DNA of 64,000 nt from a virus. Positions 1 through 9,755 of the stretch are shown in pieces. How positions within the stretch are numbered: position 1 is the first letter of the stretch; each line of letters starts with the position of its first letter. The stretch spans positions 131,109 through 195,108 of the IMG/VR virus record IMGVR_UViG_3300033148_006102; one strand, written 5' to 3'. Both the position numbers and the translations under genes were made by a program. The notes beneath the pieces were generated by a model, which saw nothing but the letters and a program-made list of their open reading frames with translations, searched no databases and was not told the origin of the DNA.

Positions 1-6
1 GACGAA

Positions 7-672
7 GTGCAGGCCAACGTACCGCGTATCAACGGTAATCACCCGATGGTAGTTGCGTTGGATGACATCAAGGGCTTGGAGTATGACCGGGATCGTCGGC
101 GTGCGACGTCGAATTGTCACCGGATGTATTCAAATGCGGGTGTGACCGCGTTGTACGATCTGAACGACAACGATAGCGTGCATCGTTTCGTACTTGAGCA
201 GGTCATGCGCTTCCGCGATCGTTTTAAGGATGCTCCGAAGATTGCCATAGATGGTATGGCTGAGGCGCTCAAGAACGCGGCCGAGGATCTCCTATCACAC
301 TTGGATGATGCCCAGGTTGAGAAGGTTGGGCGTTATATGGAAGTCGATGGTCCAGAGTACGGCTTCTTGTACGCCATGATGAAGGTTGCACAGGAAGATC
401 CGGGCTTCGGCCTGAAACTTGGCCTAGCGTTTGATAAGCATGCTCAGCAGGATCTTTCAGCGTTGTTAGGGTCATCCATCGGTAACGAAGGTATTGGCCG
501 GTCGGCTGCGTCTTTAACAGGCGGAACTATGACGTTGAAGGGGCTCATCGACGTAATCTCGAAAGCCTTTACTGATCCTCGCACTGGCGTTCAAAAGGCG
601 CCTTGGAGCTCTGCGGTACTTGGACCAAAGGGCGCAGTTCCTGAATACGTAGCACAGCAATACGGTGAATAA
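7..672 (+). CDS. Hypothetical head-module protein, probably 5'-truncated by the window edge
   Basis: The frame is open back to base 1; the stop overlaps the next start (TAATG); several K-x-A motifs. Confidence 0.7.
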   Translation: MQANVPRINGNHPMVVALDDIKGLEYDRDRRRATSNCHRMYSNAGVTALYDLNDNDSVHRFVLEQVMRFRDRFKDAPKIAIDGMAEALKNAAEDLLSHLDDAQVEKVGRYMEVDGPEYGFLYAMMKVAQEDPGFGLKLGLAFDKHAQQDLSALLGSSIGNEGIGRSAASLTGGTMTLKGLIDVISKAFTDPRTGVQKAPWSSAVLGPKGAVPEYVAQQYGE

Positions 673-1292
673 TGCTGAAGGTTGCAGACCATCATCTGCT
701 GTACGAAGGCGTACCAGAAGAAATGACTGCAGCAGACAGGCAGCAGCTGGCGCGTGTCTGCGGTATTGCCAAACGTGCAGCCAGCCAAGGTGACGATATC
801 GGCATACTTGAGGCCGTTACGGAAGCCATGCAGGGTCTCAGTCACGAGGCTGTCGAGGACGTCAAAGTGGCTGTCGAAGAAGTGCTTCCTTCAATAGATC
901 CTGAGTTTGCCAAGGTTGCATCAAATATTGCTCGAGGACTGGGCCTGCTTTTGGGTACCGGTACGCTGCTTCGTTCGGGCCTAAATAAGGCGCAACGGCA
1001 GGAACGATTTAAGCAATCATTCATGCAAATGTTGCAGCGTAATCCTCATTTGAAAGATCGGCCGAATGAGGTGTCGGAGGCTTTCCAGGTGTTGTCGACG
1101 TACGCGCCATCACTAGCTGTGGATCCGATTGCCAGTGGTCATTTCGTATCAAACGTGATGCGACTGGGTCAAGGTGCGATCAGTCCAGCCATGATCAAAG
1201 AGTTGATTGAGACCGAGTCGGCAAAGAGCGGAGATCCGCAAGCGCAGATGATGGATTTTGCACGTAGTTTGATGAGCATGAGGGATCAATGA
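672..1292 (+). CDS. Hypothetical virion/head-module protein
   Basis: 206-aa ORF translationally coupled to both neighbours; K-x-A motifs (KVA, KRA). Confidence 0.7.
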   Translation: MLKVADHHLLYEGVPEEMTAADRQQLARVCGIAKRAASQGDDIGILEAVTEAMQGLSHEAVEDVKVAVEEVLPSIDPEFAKVASNIARGLGLLLGTGTLLRSGLNKAQRQERFKQSFMQMLQRNPHLKDRPNEVSEAFQVLSTYAPSLAVDPIASGHFVSNVMRLGQGAISPAMIKELIETESAKSGDPQAQMMDFARSLMSMRDQ

Positions 1293-2170
1293 GCGACGCG
1301 GCACTATCAGACTATATGAATACGAAAGTCGATGCTCCGACCGCTTTCGAAATTCCTCGTGAAAACGCACTTGAACGAACCACGATGCCAACCAATCAAC
1401 TGGTTGATGCTTTGCAGCGTAGGAAAGTTGTGAAAAAAGAAGCTGAAGAATTTGTGGGCAAGCTCAAAATTGGTGAGTTCATTGAGTATAATCTGGGATT
1501 ATCCCATAGTCCCACAAAAATAGCGTACATGCCTGCTTTGATGCCGGATATCGGCGGCGCGCTCGGCGGCGCGCTCGGAAAAGCTTGGGGCGGTATTAAA
1601 CGCTTGTTTGTTGAGCCAGGCTCATCTGCACCGTCAGCTTTGACTGGAAAAGGCGTGCAGCGATTAGTTAGTAATCCCGCAACACGACAGATGATACAAG
1701 CCGGCATTCGAAAAGGTACACAACAACATTTTCAGAGCGGGATACAGCAGCAGCAACAAATAACACCACGGCAGCAGCGACAGATTCAGCGCCGCTACCG
1801 TCAGTTAGCTGCTCGTCGGAATGTGCGACCAGGTCAAGGCCAACAGCAACCTCCTGCACAGCAGGCACAGCAGGCACAGCAGCCACCAGCCCAGCAACAA
1901 CCTCCCGCACAGCAACCCCAGCAGGCACAGCAGGCACAGCAAGCACCGACTAACCTTCAGACATTGCTGTCGGATCCGAATATCGGGAATTTTTTGCAGT
2001 CGACATCGGGCATGATTAACCGCCTATTCCCCGCACAGGGAACCGGCTGGAAAGGCATGCTAACACAGGTAGCTACGCCCATATTGATGAATATGTTGAT
2101 GCCGGCAAGAGGTGGCGGCGGTCCGCGGATGCCAGGATATAGTTACGGTGGAATTGGAGGCCGATATTGA
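1289..2170 (+). CDS. Gln/Pro-rich low-complexity protein with Gly-rich amphipathic segments
   Basis: QQPPAQQAQQAQ repeats encoded by cagcaggca tandem repeats at about 1850-1945. Confidence 0.7.
   Translation: MSDAALSDYMNTKVDAPTAFEIPRENALERTTMPTNQLVDALQRRKVVKKEAEEFVGKLKIGEFIEYNLGLSHSPTKIAYMPALMPDIGGALGGALGKAWGGIKRLFVEPGSSAPSALTGKGVQRLVSNPATRQMIQAGIRKGTQQHFQSGIQQQQQITPRQQRQIQRRYRQLAARRNVRPGQGQQQPPAQQAQQAQQPPAQQQPPAQQPQQAQQAQQAPTNLQTLLSDPNIGNFLQSTSGMINRLFPAQGTGWKGMLTQVATPILMNMLMPARGGGGPRMPGYSYGGIGGRY
1493..1515 (-). promoter_or_regulatory. 23-bp quasi-palindrome, copy 1 (intragenic)
   Basis: Minus strand reads GTGGGACTAT GGG ATAATCCCAG. Confidence 0.75.
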
Positions 2171-3711
2171 TCATCAAAACTGACATAGGCGGCTGCTGGG
2201 TAGACGGCGAACCTACCTATCTCGTGCTGGGCACGCGTCAGTTCGAGAAGATCGCGTCGTCGGAAATCTATATTCCAGCACGAATGAAATTAGCGGTTGA
2301 CGCGTATCAGCCAGATGATGATCACGCTGGCGTCATCATTCACGGTTTGGGTAGTTCTGAGTATTGGGGACAGAATCGAAACGGCGACTTGTTCCCGGAG
2401 CAATGGGAAAAGCAGGCCAATCTCATTAATGATGATCCGACGAAGATGTGGGGTTATCACACCTTTGAGAAGAACGCATTCCCATTCCGGAATCACAATA
2501 ACAAGGATCCAAAATTTGCGCTTGGTCCGAAGGTTGTGTGCGCAGCATGGAATCCGAAGATGCATCGTGTCGAGGTCCTCGCGAAGATTGCACGAGCAGT
2601 CGCGCCGGATATTGCAGATAAGATTGATGCTGATGAACCATTGATGTGGTCAATGGGCGCCAAGGTTCCATTCGATGTATGTACAGGTTGTGGTCATCGT
2701 GCGAAGACGGCTATGGAATATTGTGACTGTCTTCGCTTTAAGCGGGGTCAGATCACGCCGAAGGGTATCAAGATCGGCATGGAGAATCCGAAGCCGAATT
2801 TCTTCGATATTTCACAAGTAGGACGCGGCGCAGATATTTCCGCATATTCTTTGGCGAAGGTTGCTGGACTTGCTAACTGGAGTGATGCGACGTGTGATCA
2901 AAAGCCTCAGTTCAACGTGCCAGCAGAAAAAACTTCAGTACTTTTTTCTGACAAAATAGGTCAGCGTGATTCGACTGCTGCAATCGATAAGGAAATTCCG
3001 ATGACTTCCGGAGATGCGACACCAGAGGAGGCGATCGGTCCAGAAGACATCGATGAAGAAACACTCAACCCTTGCCAAGAAGCAGTAGCAAACACAATGC
3101 ATCGGGCGCCGGCGCAGGCCACCATCATGATTCGCATGCGTGGAGAAGGCGCAGAAAAAATTCTTCCGATGCTTGCGCAACTCGGAATTATTCCAACGCC
3201 TGGTGAGGTAAAAGCGGCTGGTTGGTGCGTCAAAGATGTGCCTGAGAAACTTGCATTTACCTCCGGACAGACTACACAGTTATATGACCTCGTAGCACTG
3301 ATTCCGCAAAGATCATTATTCGGACCAGTGTTGGGAGATCGGCTTCTCAAACAGGGATTATATGAGGGGCCGTGGCAGGATGGGAGTGATCCTGTCTACC
3401 GCGCAGTTGTCCAATGCTATATGAAGACGGCTGCGGACCCGAAAGCCCTGGGTGCATGGATCAGCACCATTAATCCCAAAGCGATTATGGCTCATATTGA
3501 CCATGATCGTGGAACGGTCAAGGAGGCAGTTAGCTCGAATACGGCCGTTAAACTGATGTTAGTCCCGATGATCCTTGGTGGGATTTATTCTCACAAGGAA
3601 GCACAGGGTGAAAAGCTTAGCGGTATGGAGAGATTTATTGCTACGAATCCTTTGGCCGCTGGAATGTCGTTGAATTACCTGGCAATGAAATTGTTAGGTA
3701 GGAAAAAGTAG
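2167..3711 (+). CDS. Putative prohead (capsid maturation) protease with Zn-ribbon insertion
   Basis: Position upstream of scaffold-like genes and MCP; motifs NRNGDLF, HNNKD, WSMG, CTGCG...CDC and FFDISQVGRGAD resemble HK97/assemblin-type prohead proteases. Confidence 0.55.
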   Translation: MIIKTDIGGCWVDGEPTYLVLGTRQFEKIASSEIYIPARMKLAVDAYQPDDDHAGVIIHGLGSSEYWGQNRNGDLFPEQWEKQANLINDDPTKMWGYHTFEKNAFPFRNHNNKDPKFALGPKVVCAAWNPKMHRVEVLAKIARAVAPDIADKIDADEPLMWSMGAKVPFDVCTGCGHRAKTAMEYCDCLRFKRGQITPKGIKIGMENPKPNFFDISQVGRGADISAYSLAKVAGLANWSDATCDQKPQFNVPAEKTSVLFSDKIGQRDSTAAIDKEIPMTSGDATPEEAIGPEDIDEETLNPCQEAVANTMHRAPAQATIMIRMRGEGAEKILPMLAQLGIIPTPGEVKAAGWCVKDVPEKLAFTSGQTTQLYDLVALIPQRSLFGPVLGDRLLKQGLYEGPWQDGSDPVYRAVVQCYMKTAADPKALGAWISTINPKAIMAHIDHDRGTVKEAVSSNTAVKLMLVPMILGGIYSHKEAQGEKLSGMERFIATNPLAAGMSLNYLAMKLLGRKK

Positions 3712-3758
3712 CAAGTTATTCGTGCCATGTGGCATAGTTTCAAGGAATCGGAGAAACA

Positions 3759-4262
3759 ATGAATCGAGAAGAGATCATTGCTGCGTTGAAGGACGTCGTG
3801 GATGCCGAAAAGACGGCAGAGGATTCAACGCCCGCGAACGTTGAGCCGGAAAAAACTCCTGACGAGCAAAAAACTGCGGAAGAGCAGAAGACTGCCGAGC
3901 AGGAAAAGATTGCGGCGCAGGCCAAGGTCGCCGGTTATCTGGGTCGTCTTGTTGCCCAGTCTTTCGTCGCAGAGACCATCAAGCTTGCTCAGAAGCTTGG
4001 CGGATCCGGACAGAATGCTGTTGCCACACCAGGTGGTAAGGAGCATGAGGTAAAGGGAACGGGCGGCGCCGGTAGCCAGCTCGCTTCGCAGGCCGATGCT
4101 ATTGGCACGACCAAGAAGACCCCGCCGGATGAGGCCAACTCCAAGCATCTCAAAGAAGATGATGCGATGGCCGGACGCCCTGGCGCTGTCAACAAGTCTC
4201 AGAACACAGATTCTGAGAAGAGCGTTGGCGGTTCCAAGCTGAATCTCGGCTCCGCTGCATAG
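3759..4262 (+). CDS. Acidic scaffold/internal head protein
   Basis: EKTAE/QKTAE repeats; located between the protease and MCP. Confidence 0.55.
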   Translation: MNREEIIAALKDVVDAEKTAEDSTPANVEPEKTPDEQKTAEEQKTAEQEKIAAQAKVAGYLGRLVAQSFVAETIKLAQKLGGSGQNAVATPGGKEHEVKGTGGAGSQLASQADAIGTTKKTPPDEANSKHLKEDDAMAGRPGAVNKSQNTDSEKSVGGSKLNLGSAA

Positions 4263-4326
4263 CTAATCGTTTAACCACGATTACTTGTGCTTGGACAATA
4301 CTTGGCACGTCTACTTAAAAGGACGG

Positions 4327-4743
4327 ATGATGGATATTGCTGCGCTAGCGGAATTAGTCCAAAAGAAGCTTGCCAAAGGACAAGCTGGTGAAGATGTCGT
4401 TTATGAAAACGACACTTCAGTGGACGCTCAGGGAGTAGAGCACGAAGGTACGGTCTACGAAGTCAAGACCGCCCAAGAAAAGGTTCAGTCCACGCCGCTG
4501 AATACGGAACTCATTCAAGAGACCGTGAAGCAGGCTGCCCTGATTGGCGACAATTATATGGGCGAGGACAAGGATCTTTTCAAGGCTGCGGTTGACAGCA
4601 TTCTGATGATGAAATCCGCGGATGTTTCGATCTGTGAAGACAGTGATCTGGATACCGCGGAAGACATTATGAAGGCTGCTGGCTTGCTCGTTGATCGCAT
4701 CAACGCGCGCCGTCCGGTCGCGGAAGCTACTTCCGAGGAATAA
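4327..4743 (+). CDS. Acidic internal head protein (hypothetical)
   Basis: ATG at 4327 after AAAGGA; six K-x-A motifs. Confidence 0.6.
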   Translation: MMDIAALAELVQKKLAKGQAGEDVVYENDTSVDAQGVEHEGTVYEVKTAQEKVQSTPLNTELIQETVKQAALIGDNYMGEDKDLFKAAVDSILMMKSADVSICEDSDLDTAEDIMKAAGLLVDRINARRPVAEATSEE

Positions 4744-4796
4744 CGGGTAGGTCAATACCATAGGCCTACCTCACGAGACCCGTGAGGAGAAACACT

Positions 4797-5120
4797 GTGG
4801 ATAAGGTTGCAGAACAGTTGCAAGGCATGCTGACAGAGGGCGAAGCCATCCTCGAAAAGCAGGCGTTTGAGGCGTCTATCACTGCACTTGAGAATGGCCT
4901 TCCGGAAGATCAGCAAGAAAAGCTTGCGGGTATCTTCAATGAGCTGCACAAGATGTTCGGCGAACAATACAGCCCGAATGCGCTGTTGAAAGTCGCCGAG
5001 GATCTGCTGAATGAACAGCAGGCTCAGGAAGAAGACCCCGAGTTCAAGAAGCAGGCTGAACTGAGCTATCAGCTTGGCGAATTGGCTGCTGAAGCACTCG
5101 TAGAGAAGTTGCGGTCATAA
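4797..5120 (+). CDS. Acidic internal head protein (hypothetical)
   Basis: GTG start after GAGGAG; five K-x-A motifs. Confidence 0.6.
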   Translation: MDKVAEQLQGMLTEGEAILEKQAFEASITALENGLPEDQQEKLAGIFNELHKMFGEQYSPNALLKVAEDLLNEQQAQEEDPEFKKQAELSYQLGELAAEALVEKLRS

Positions 5121-5121
5121 C

Positions 5122-5322
5122 ATGCCGACGATCAACGACCTGGTGAATGATGTCAAGAAGCATGCGCCGTCCGACAAAAAAGAAAAGTCGGCCGAAGCGC
5201 AAGAGGAAGACTTCGAAGCATTAGATAAACACCAGGGCGAGGTGAAGATCGGTCTTTATCGGGTCTTGAAGCTGGCAGAGAGCTTAACGGCCGTTACGCC
5301 ATCGAGCGCCGCCAGCGCATGA
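5122..5322 (+). CDS. Small hypothetical head protein
   Basis: 66 aa, fills the gap in the operon; K-x-A motifs. Confidence 0.6.
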   Translation: MPTINDLVNDVKKHAPSDKKEKSAEAQEEDFEALDKHQGEVKIGLYRVLKLAESLTAVTPSSAASA

Positions 5323-5335
5323 TGAAGGCGGAGTT

Positions 5336-5689
5336 GTGGCTGACCGGGATGAAGTTACGCACCAGCTGAAGATTGCAGCCGAGAGAATCAAAGGCGACGC
5401 ATTAACGATTCAGTCGCTGACGCGATTCAAGGAAGCAGCCGAGCTGGTTTTAGGCTTAATCGCGGAAGGACGGCTAGATCCGTCAGACGGGCGACGAAAA
5501 ATCGCTACACTGATGGAAGCAGAGGATTTCGAGTTGGAGAAACGAGCAATCGAACTTCTTCAACAAAGTACCCAGTCGGAACCGGTGTTCGGTCGGCTGG
5601 AAGAAGCTTCTGAAAAGGTTGCCGTAGAGGAAGCAACCGCGGAGGATGCCCTCATTCATGAGCTTCGGGATATCAATGGGTACATGTAG
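5336..5689 (+). CDS. Hypothetical head/scaffold protein
   Basis: GTG start after GGAG; helical and acidic; five K-x-A motifs. Confidence 0.6.
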   Translation: MADRDEVTHQLKIAAERIKGDALTIQSLTRFKEAAELVLGLIAEGRLDPSDGRRKIATLMEAEDFELEKRAIELLQQSTQSEPVFGRLEEASEKVAVEEATAEDALIHELRDINGYM

Positions 5690-5718
5690 ACCCTTTTCTA
5701 ACTTTAAGGGATAATGAT

Positions 5719-6336
5719 ATGGGACAGATCAACGACACCACTGGCATTCCGAAGACGGAATCCATTGTGCGTATCCAGAAGAACGTTGAAGCTGTAACGT
5801 TCGCAACACTGCGACGCGGATCTGATACTATCATCGAAGGCGGCCTGCTCGTTCGCGGTACGGACAACGTAGCGCGTGCACCAGAACCGCTTGTCGCTGA
5901 TAATACAACTACTCGCGTAGCAGGCGGTAACATCACCGAGCTGAACGCTTTGATCAGCTGGATCCATCCGGATCACACCAGCAGCGTACGCCAGCTTACG
6001 GTTGGCGCCGTTGGCGGCTACGACCCGATCGTAGAGCTCAACGATGCGTTGATGGCGGCTATCGAGGGTGATGGTCTGATCGTCGGCTTGCCGCTGACGG
6101 CACGCTTCTTTAACAATGGCGACCTTGCAACACTGCGTACTGCAGATCCTTGCAACTTGGTCCTCAAGGGCCAGAGCGCAGGTGCTCCAGAACGCGTGGG
6201 TGAAACCGTTATCGGTTTGTCGTCAGCAGGTGCAGGTGGTATTGCGACGGATGAGCGCAAGATCGGCACCAAAGCGTATGTCGACGGCGATGTAATGTAC
6301 TTCCGGTTCAACTCGACGCTCGTTATCGGCGCATAG
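5719..6336 (+). CDS. Putative capsid decoration/minor capsid protein
   Basis: Gly/Val/Thr-rich, beta-type composition; immediately upstream of MCP. Confidence 0.45.
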   Translation: MGQINDTTGIPKTESIVRIQKNVEAVTFATLRRGSDTIIEGGLLVRGTDNVARAPEPLVADNTTTRVAGGNITELNALISWIHPDHTSSVRQLTVGAVGGYDPIVELNDALMAAIEGDGLIVGLPLTARFFNNGDLATLRTADPCNLVLKGQSAGAPERVGETVIGLSSAGAGGIATDERKIGTKAYVDGDVMYFRFNSTLVIGA

Positions 6337-6409
6337 AGTTGGCTTGAAGCGGTTGTGTTGCTTTTTTTGAATTAGTGCCTGCCAGGCACATAAGACAAGG
6401 AAGAAGACC

Positions 6410-7540
6410 ATGGCACTTGATGCTGCTGAATTCAATGGCCTCTTCTTTGGCGCCATGAAGCAAGGTGACGCGGGGATCGAAAAGCTTTCGGCTTCGCTTG
6501 GAACATACATCCAGGAGAAGATTCGTGAGTCTGGTTTTGCCCGCCGCATCCTTGACACTCAGACTGTGACGCCACAAGAGTGCCAGATTAGCCCGGAACA
6601 CAACGGGCTAGAGTTCCTCGTACCGCTCGAGCCACAGACCGTGGCCCAGCGGGTGACTTTCCGTGGTGAACCGGATCACACTTGGATCGAGAAGAAAATC
6701 TTCCCGATTCGGTTTGAGACGATCATGACGGACGAGTTCAACAAGACCGAGGAAGAATTGATGGCTCACCGTGAGCCTGTGCTCAAGATCATTGAGCAAA
6801 ACTCGGTTAAGGACATCCAGGAGCAGGAGGACGTGTCCTTCCTGACCCAGGTGAAGGCTGCTGCTTTCGCGTCCACCTATCGCCTCAACCGCGTCGCGGT
6901 TGGTGCCGGCGGTGTTGTCGGTTTCACGACCGGCGCACAGGTCGATGCGTTCTTCAAGTCTGGCGCGACGCCAGCCAATCCGGAGAACTCCAATATCGTC
7001 CTCTCCGCCAACACTTACTTCCGTCGTGATGTACTGACGGAACTTTCTCAGATTCTGACCATGCGTCAGCTCGAGCTCAAGGTGTTCTTGCTCCACAAGT
7101 ACAACTTTGATGAGACGCTGCGCTGGTTCGCAGATGAAATCGGCCACCAGGTTGCCAACTCCATCACCATTGATGGGTACAAGGAATCAACCGTCGGTGG
7201 TTTCACGTTCATCACCACGATCAAGACGAACCGCGAGCTCGTCCGTGCCGGCCATATCTACGGATTCGCCGACAAGGCCGCTCTCGGCAAGTTCCTGATC
7301 CTGACCGGAACCAAGTTCTGGATCAACAAGCGCCGTAACGTTATCACGATGGCCGGATGGGAAACCATCGGTGCCGGTATTGGTAACATCAACGGCTGCG
7401 CGATCCTGCTGCTTGCCGGTTCCGTTCCGCTGGACGTGAACGTGCCTTCTGATGTGAATGCTGCTGTCGGTGCGCCGACCACCATCCGGATTTATCCGAT
7501 CGGGGTGGCAAGAGCCGGAGGTGCTTTACCGCATCAGTAA
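6410..7540 (+). CDS. Major capsid protein (HK97-fold, inferred)
   Basis: 376 aa; strongly biased C-ending codons; AAGGAAG SD; position between head and neck genes. Confidence 0.7.
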   Translation: MALDAAEFNGLFFGAMKQGDAGIEKLSASLGTYIQEKIRESGFARRILDTQTVTPQECQISPEHNGLEFLVPLEPQTVAQRVTFRGEPDHTWIEKKIFPIRFETIMTDEFNKTEEELMAHREPVLKIIEQNSVKDIQEQEDVSFLTQVKAAAFASTYRLNRVAVGAGGVVGFTTGAQVDAFFKSGATPANPENSNIVLSANTYFRRDVLTELSQILTMRQLELKVFLLHKYNFDETLRWFADEIGHQVANSITIDGYKESTVGGFTFITTIKTNRELVRAGHIYGFADKAALGKFLILTGTKFWINKRRNVITMAGWETIGAGIGNINGCAILLLAGSVPLDVNVPSDVNAAVGAPTTIRIYPIGVARAGGALPHQ

Positions 7541-7567
7541 CAGATGATAAAGGGCCTATCCATTAGG

Positions 7568-7636
7568 ATAGACCTCCATAAAAAATGACAGTGATCGGCA
7601 TAACGCTGATCACTGTCATTTTTTATGGAGGTCTAT
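7568..7636. repeat. Perfect 29-bp inverted repeat (terminator-like; covers the HNH gene SD)
   Basis: ATAGACCTCCATAAAAAATGACAGTGATC (7568-7596) and its exact reverse complement (7608-7636); the right arm contains GGAGG, and the ATG is at 7638. Confidence 0.9.
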
Positions 7637-7637
7637 T

Positions 7638-8363
7638 ATGTGTGAAGAGCTTTGGAAAGTTGTAGCTGGGTTTGAGGGTATGTATGAAGTGTCATCTCAT
7701 GGCCGAATTCGAAGTTTGCAGCAAAAGGATCAAAAAGGAAATCCTATCTTTCGGATAATGAAGTGGCGTTTTAGTCGTGGATACCCACGCGTACATTTCA
7801 CGAAGAAGGGTAAGAGCACGCAACATTGTATACATGTGTTGGTTTTGGAAGCGTTTGTAGGTCCGCGACCAGAAGGCATGCTAGGTTGCCACAATGATGG
7901 TGATAGGGCATATAACCATCCTCATAATCTTCGTTGGGATACTCATGAAGCAAATATGAAAGATTTGCAGAAGCATGGGTCGCTGGCAGGTGATCGTAAT
8001 CCATATTCAAAATTAACGGAAGACAATGTGCATGCGATCAGAAAGATGATTGCGGAAGGCATGGTTTACGGCCAAATAGCTGAAAAGTTTGATGTGTGTC
8101 GTGGAACAATTAAAGATATTGCTCGTAAACGATCTTGGTCACATTTGCCCGATGATAATGACTACGTTGATCGTGTTGAGAATGAACGCAAGAAACGACG
8201 TGGTGCAAATGTGGCGCGGGCCATTCTTACCGAAGAGGATATTCCTGTGATTCGGCAATTGATTGCTGATGGTATGTTGCAAAAGGACGTGGCCAAAAAA
8301 TATGGTGTGTCGCCGATTACAATCTCAGCCATCAACACAGGTCGCTTGTGGTCGCATGTCTAG
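7638..8363 (+). CDS. NUMOD4-HNH homing endonuclease with two C-terminal HTH repeats
   Basis: WKVVAGFEGMYEVSSHGRIRS (NUMOD4); H-N-D-G...N...NLRW (HNH_3); duplicated KLTE..V..IR...G....IA..F.V...TI..I...W.H module; more AT-rich than its flanks. Confidence 0.88.
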   Translation: MCEELWKVVAGFEGMYEVSSHGRIRSLQQKDQKGNPIFRIMKWRFSRGYPRVHFTKKGKSTQHCIHVLVLEAFVGPRPEGMLGCHNDGDRAYNHPHNLRWDTHEANMKDLQKHGSLAGDRNPYSKLTEDNVHAIRKMIAEGMVYGQIAEKFDVCRGTIKDIARKRSWSHLPDDNDYVDRVENERKKRRGANVARAILTEEDIPVIRQLIADGMLQKDVAKKYGVSPITISAINTGRLWSHV

Positions 8364-8432
8364 TTGCGCAAAGCACTTAATGGAGATATAGTCTCTGTCG
8401 TCCATTCTTTGTTTCTATAGTGAGAGGAAATC

Positions 8433-9206
8433 ATGCCAGACTTTGCTGATCGTTCACAACTACTTATCAAGAATGTGAGTGATATCAACGGCCACCCACG
8501 CCCCATTCGATTGCATTTACCAGCGTGTCCAGAATTGCGGCCTGGCGAGCAGGTTATCGCCTTTCGCTATGAGTTGAACATGCATGACATTGAACGCTAT
8601 ATCATGCGCGGAGACGTGCAGGTGGCGCCCACAACAGCGAAGGTTGGACATATTCAGCGCCGTGCCGGCCAATTGACTCCGAATGCACAACAAAGTCCTG
8701 TATTACTTCCGTCGCCGTTCCCATCCTTGGGTGATTACGACGTTAATAAGCCGCGGCCGCATGATGTGGATCCTGCTGATTTGGCGCGTGCTGATATGAT
8801 CACGGAAGAGGATCTGACAGCTGGTGTCGAAGCTTTGGAAGACGAAGCGACGGGTTATGAAACTATCCGCGAAGAATTCGTTAAAAAGTTAGAAGAGGAA
8901 CCGACACCACAAGGTTCATCGTTGGCGGGTGGACTGGACGGCGATATTGTGGTTGATAGCGATGATGACGAGCCAAAAGAGCCTGCGGATGATCTGACAG
9001 AAGACGAGGCAGCTGAAATAACAGATTCACCACCATCAGAGGCTGAGGAAGATCAGGAACTGGAGGAACAGGAACAGGAGCCGGAACCGGAACCGGAGCC
9101 GGAACCGGAGGAAACAAAACCAGAACCGGAGCCCAAGCCTAAGCCAAAACGCGCTACTTCGAAGAAAAAGACTTATTCGAAGCGTCGTATTAAAAGAAAG
9201 AAATAG
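8433..9206 (+). CDS. Hypothetical protein with acidic EP-repeat linker and basic C-terminal tip
   Basis: EPEPEPEP repeats; ends ...SKRRIKRKK. Confidence 0.7.
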   Translation: MPDFADRSQLLIKNVSDINGHPRPIRLHLPACPELRPGEQVIAFRYELNMHDIERYIMRGDVQVAPTTAKVGHIQRRAGQLTPNAQQSPVLLPSPFPSLGDYDVNKPRPHDVDPADLARADMITEEDLTAGVEALEDEATGYETIREEFVKKLEEEPTPQGSSLAGGLDGDIVVDSDDDEPKEPADDLTEDEAAEITDSPPSEAEEDQELEEQEQEPEPEPEPEPEETKPEPEPKPKPKRATSKKKTYSKRRIKRKK

Positions 9207-9209
9207 CCC

Positions 9210-9755
9210 ATGGCCGACGACAGAGCATCACCAAATGTCCCGCACAAAAACGAGGACATTGAAGGTACCCGTGACGGTCGGGGCAGTTTCTGGCCAACGC
9301 CACCGCATGAGTGGATAGAGGCGTTACGTGACTACTTACGCGATTACGCTGAGGACAATGACCTGTTGGACTTTACGCAGGAACACTCCGATGCACAGCT
9401 ACGCAAGGCGTGGGGTAAAGCGCTGGTTGACTGGAATTCGTCCCCGCCGCTCATCCCAGCAGTAAACTTTACAGCGCATCCGGCTCGTTTCTTATTGCTG
9501 CTCAAAGCGTGTGTTGAGGTCTTGCGATCCGTGTCGTTTAAGTTGATGCGGAATGAAGTCAGCTTTAACGCAGGTTCTGTAAGTTACGATATTCGTGTTC
9601 AATGGCAGCGCTATGAACGAGCAATCGGTGCGTTAACCGACGAGTACGAACAGAAGAAAGCCGCTGTGAAGGTAGCGATCAATATGGGTCGCGCATTCGG
9701 CGACAGCTTCTCTGAATTCCATCGAATCGGGATTGGCATAGATCAGGCAACATAA
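9210..9755 (+). CDS. Putative head-tail adaptor/neck protein
   Basis: Helical protein at the start of the post-capsid cluster; call rests on synteny. Confidence 0.45.
   Translation: MADDRASPNVPHKNEDIEGTRDGRGSFWPTPPHEWIEALRDYLRDYAEDNDLLDFTQEHSDAQLRKAWGKALVDWNSSPPLIPAVNFTAHPARFLLLLKACVEVLRSVSFKLMRNEVSFNAGSVSYDIRVQWQRYERAIGALTDEYEQKKAAVKVAINMGRAFGDSFSEFHRIGIGIDQAT

Noticed and set aside
7541-8432. Group I intron in the MCP gene carrying the HNH ORF
   Set aside because: No P7 or other group I core elements could be recognised, and only about 70 nt follow the HNH stop, with no evident second MCP exon. Treated as a free-standing endonuclease.
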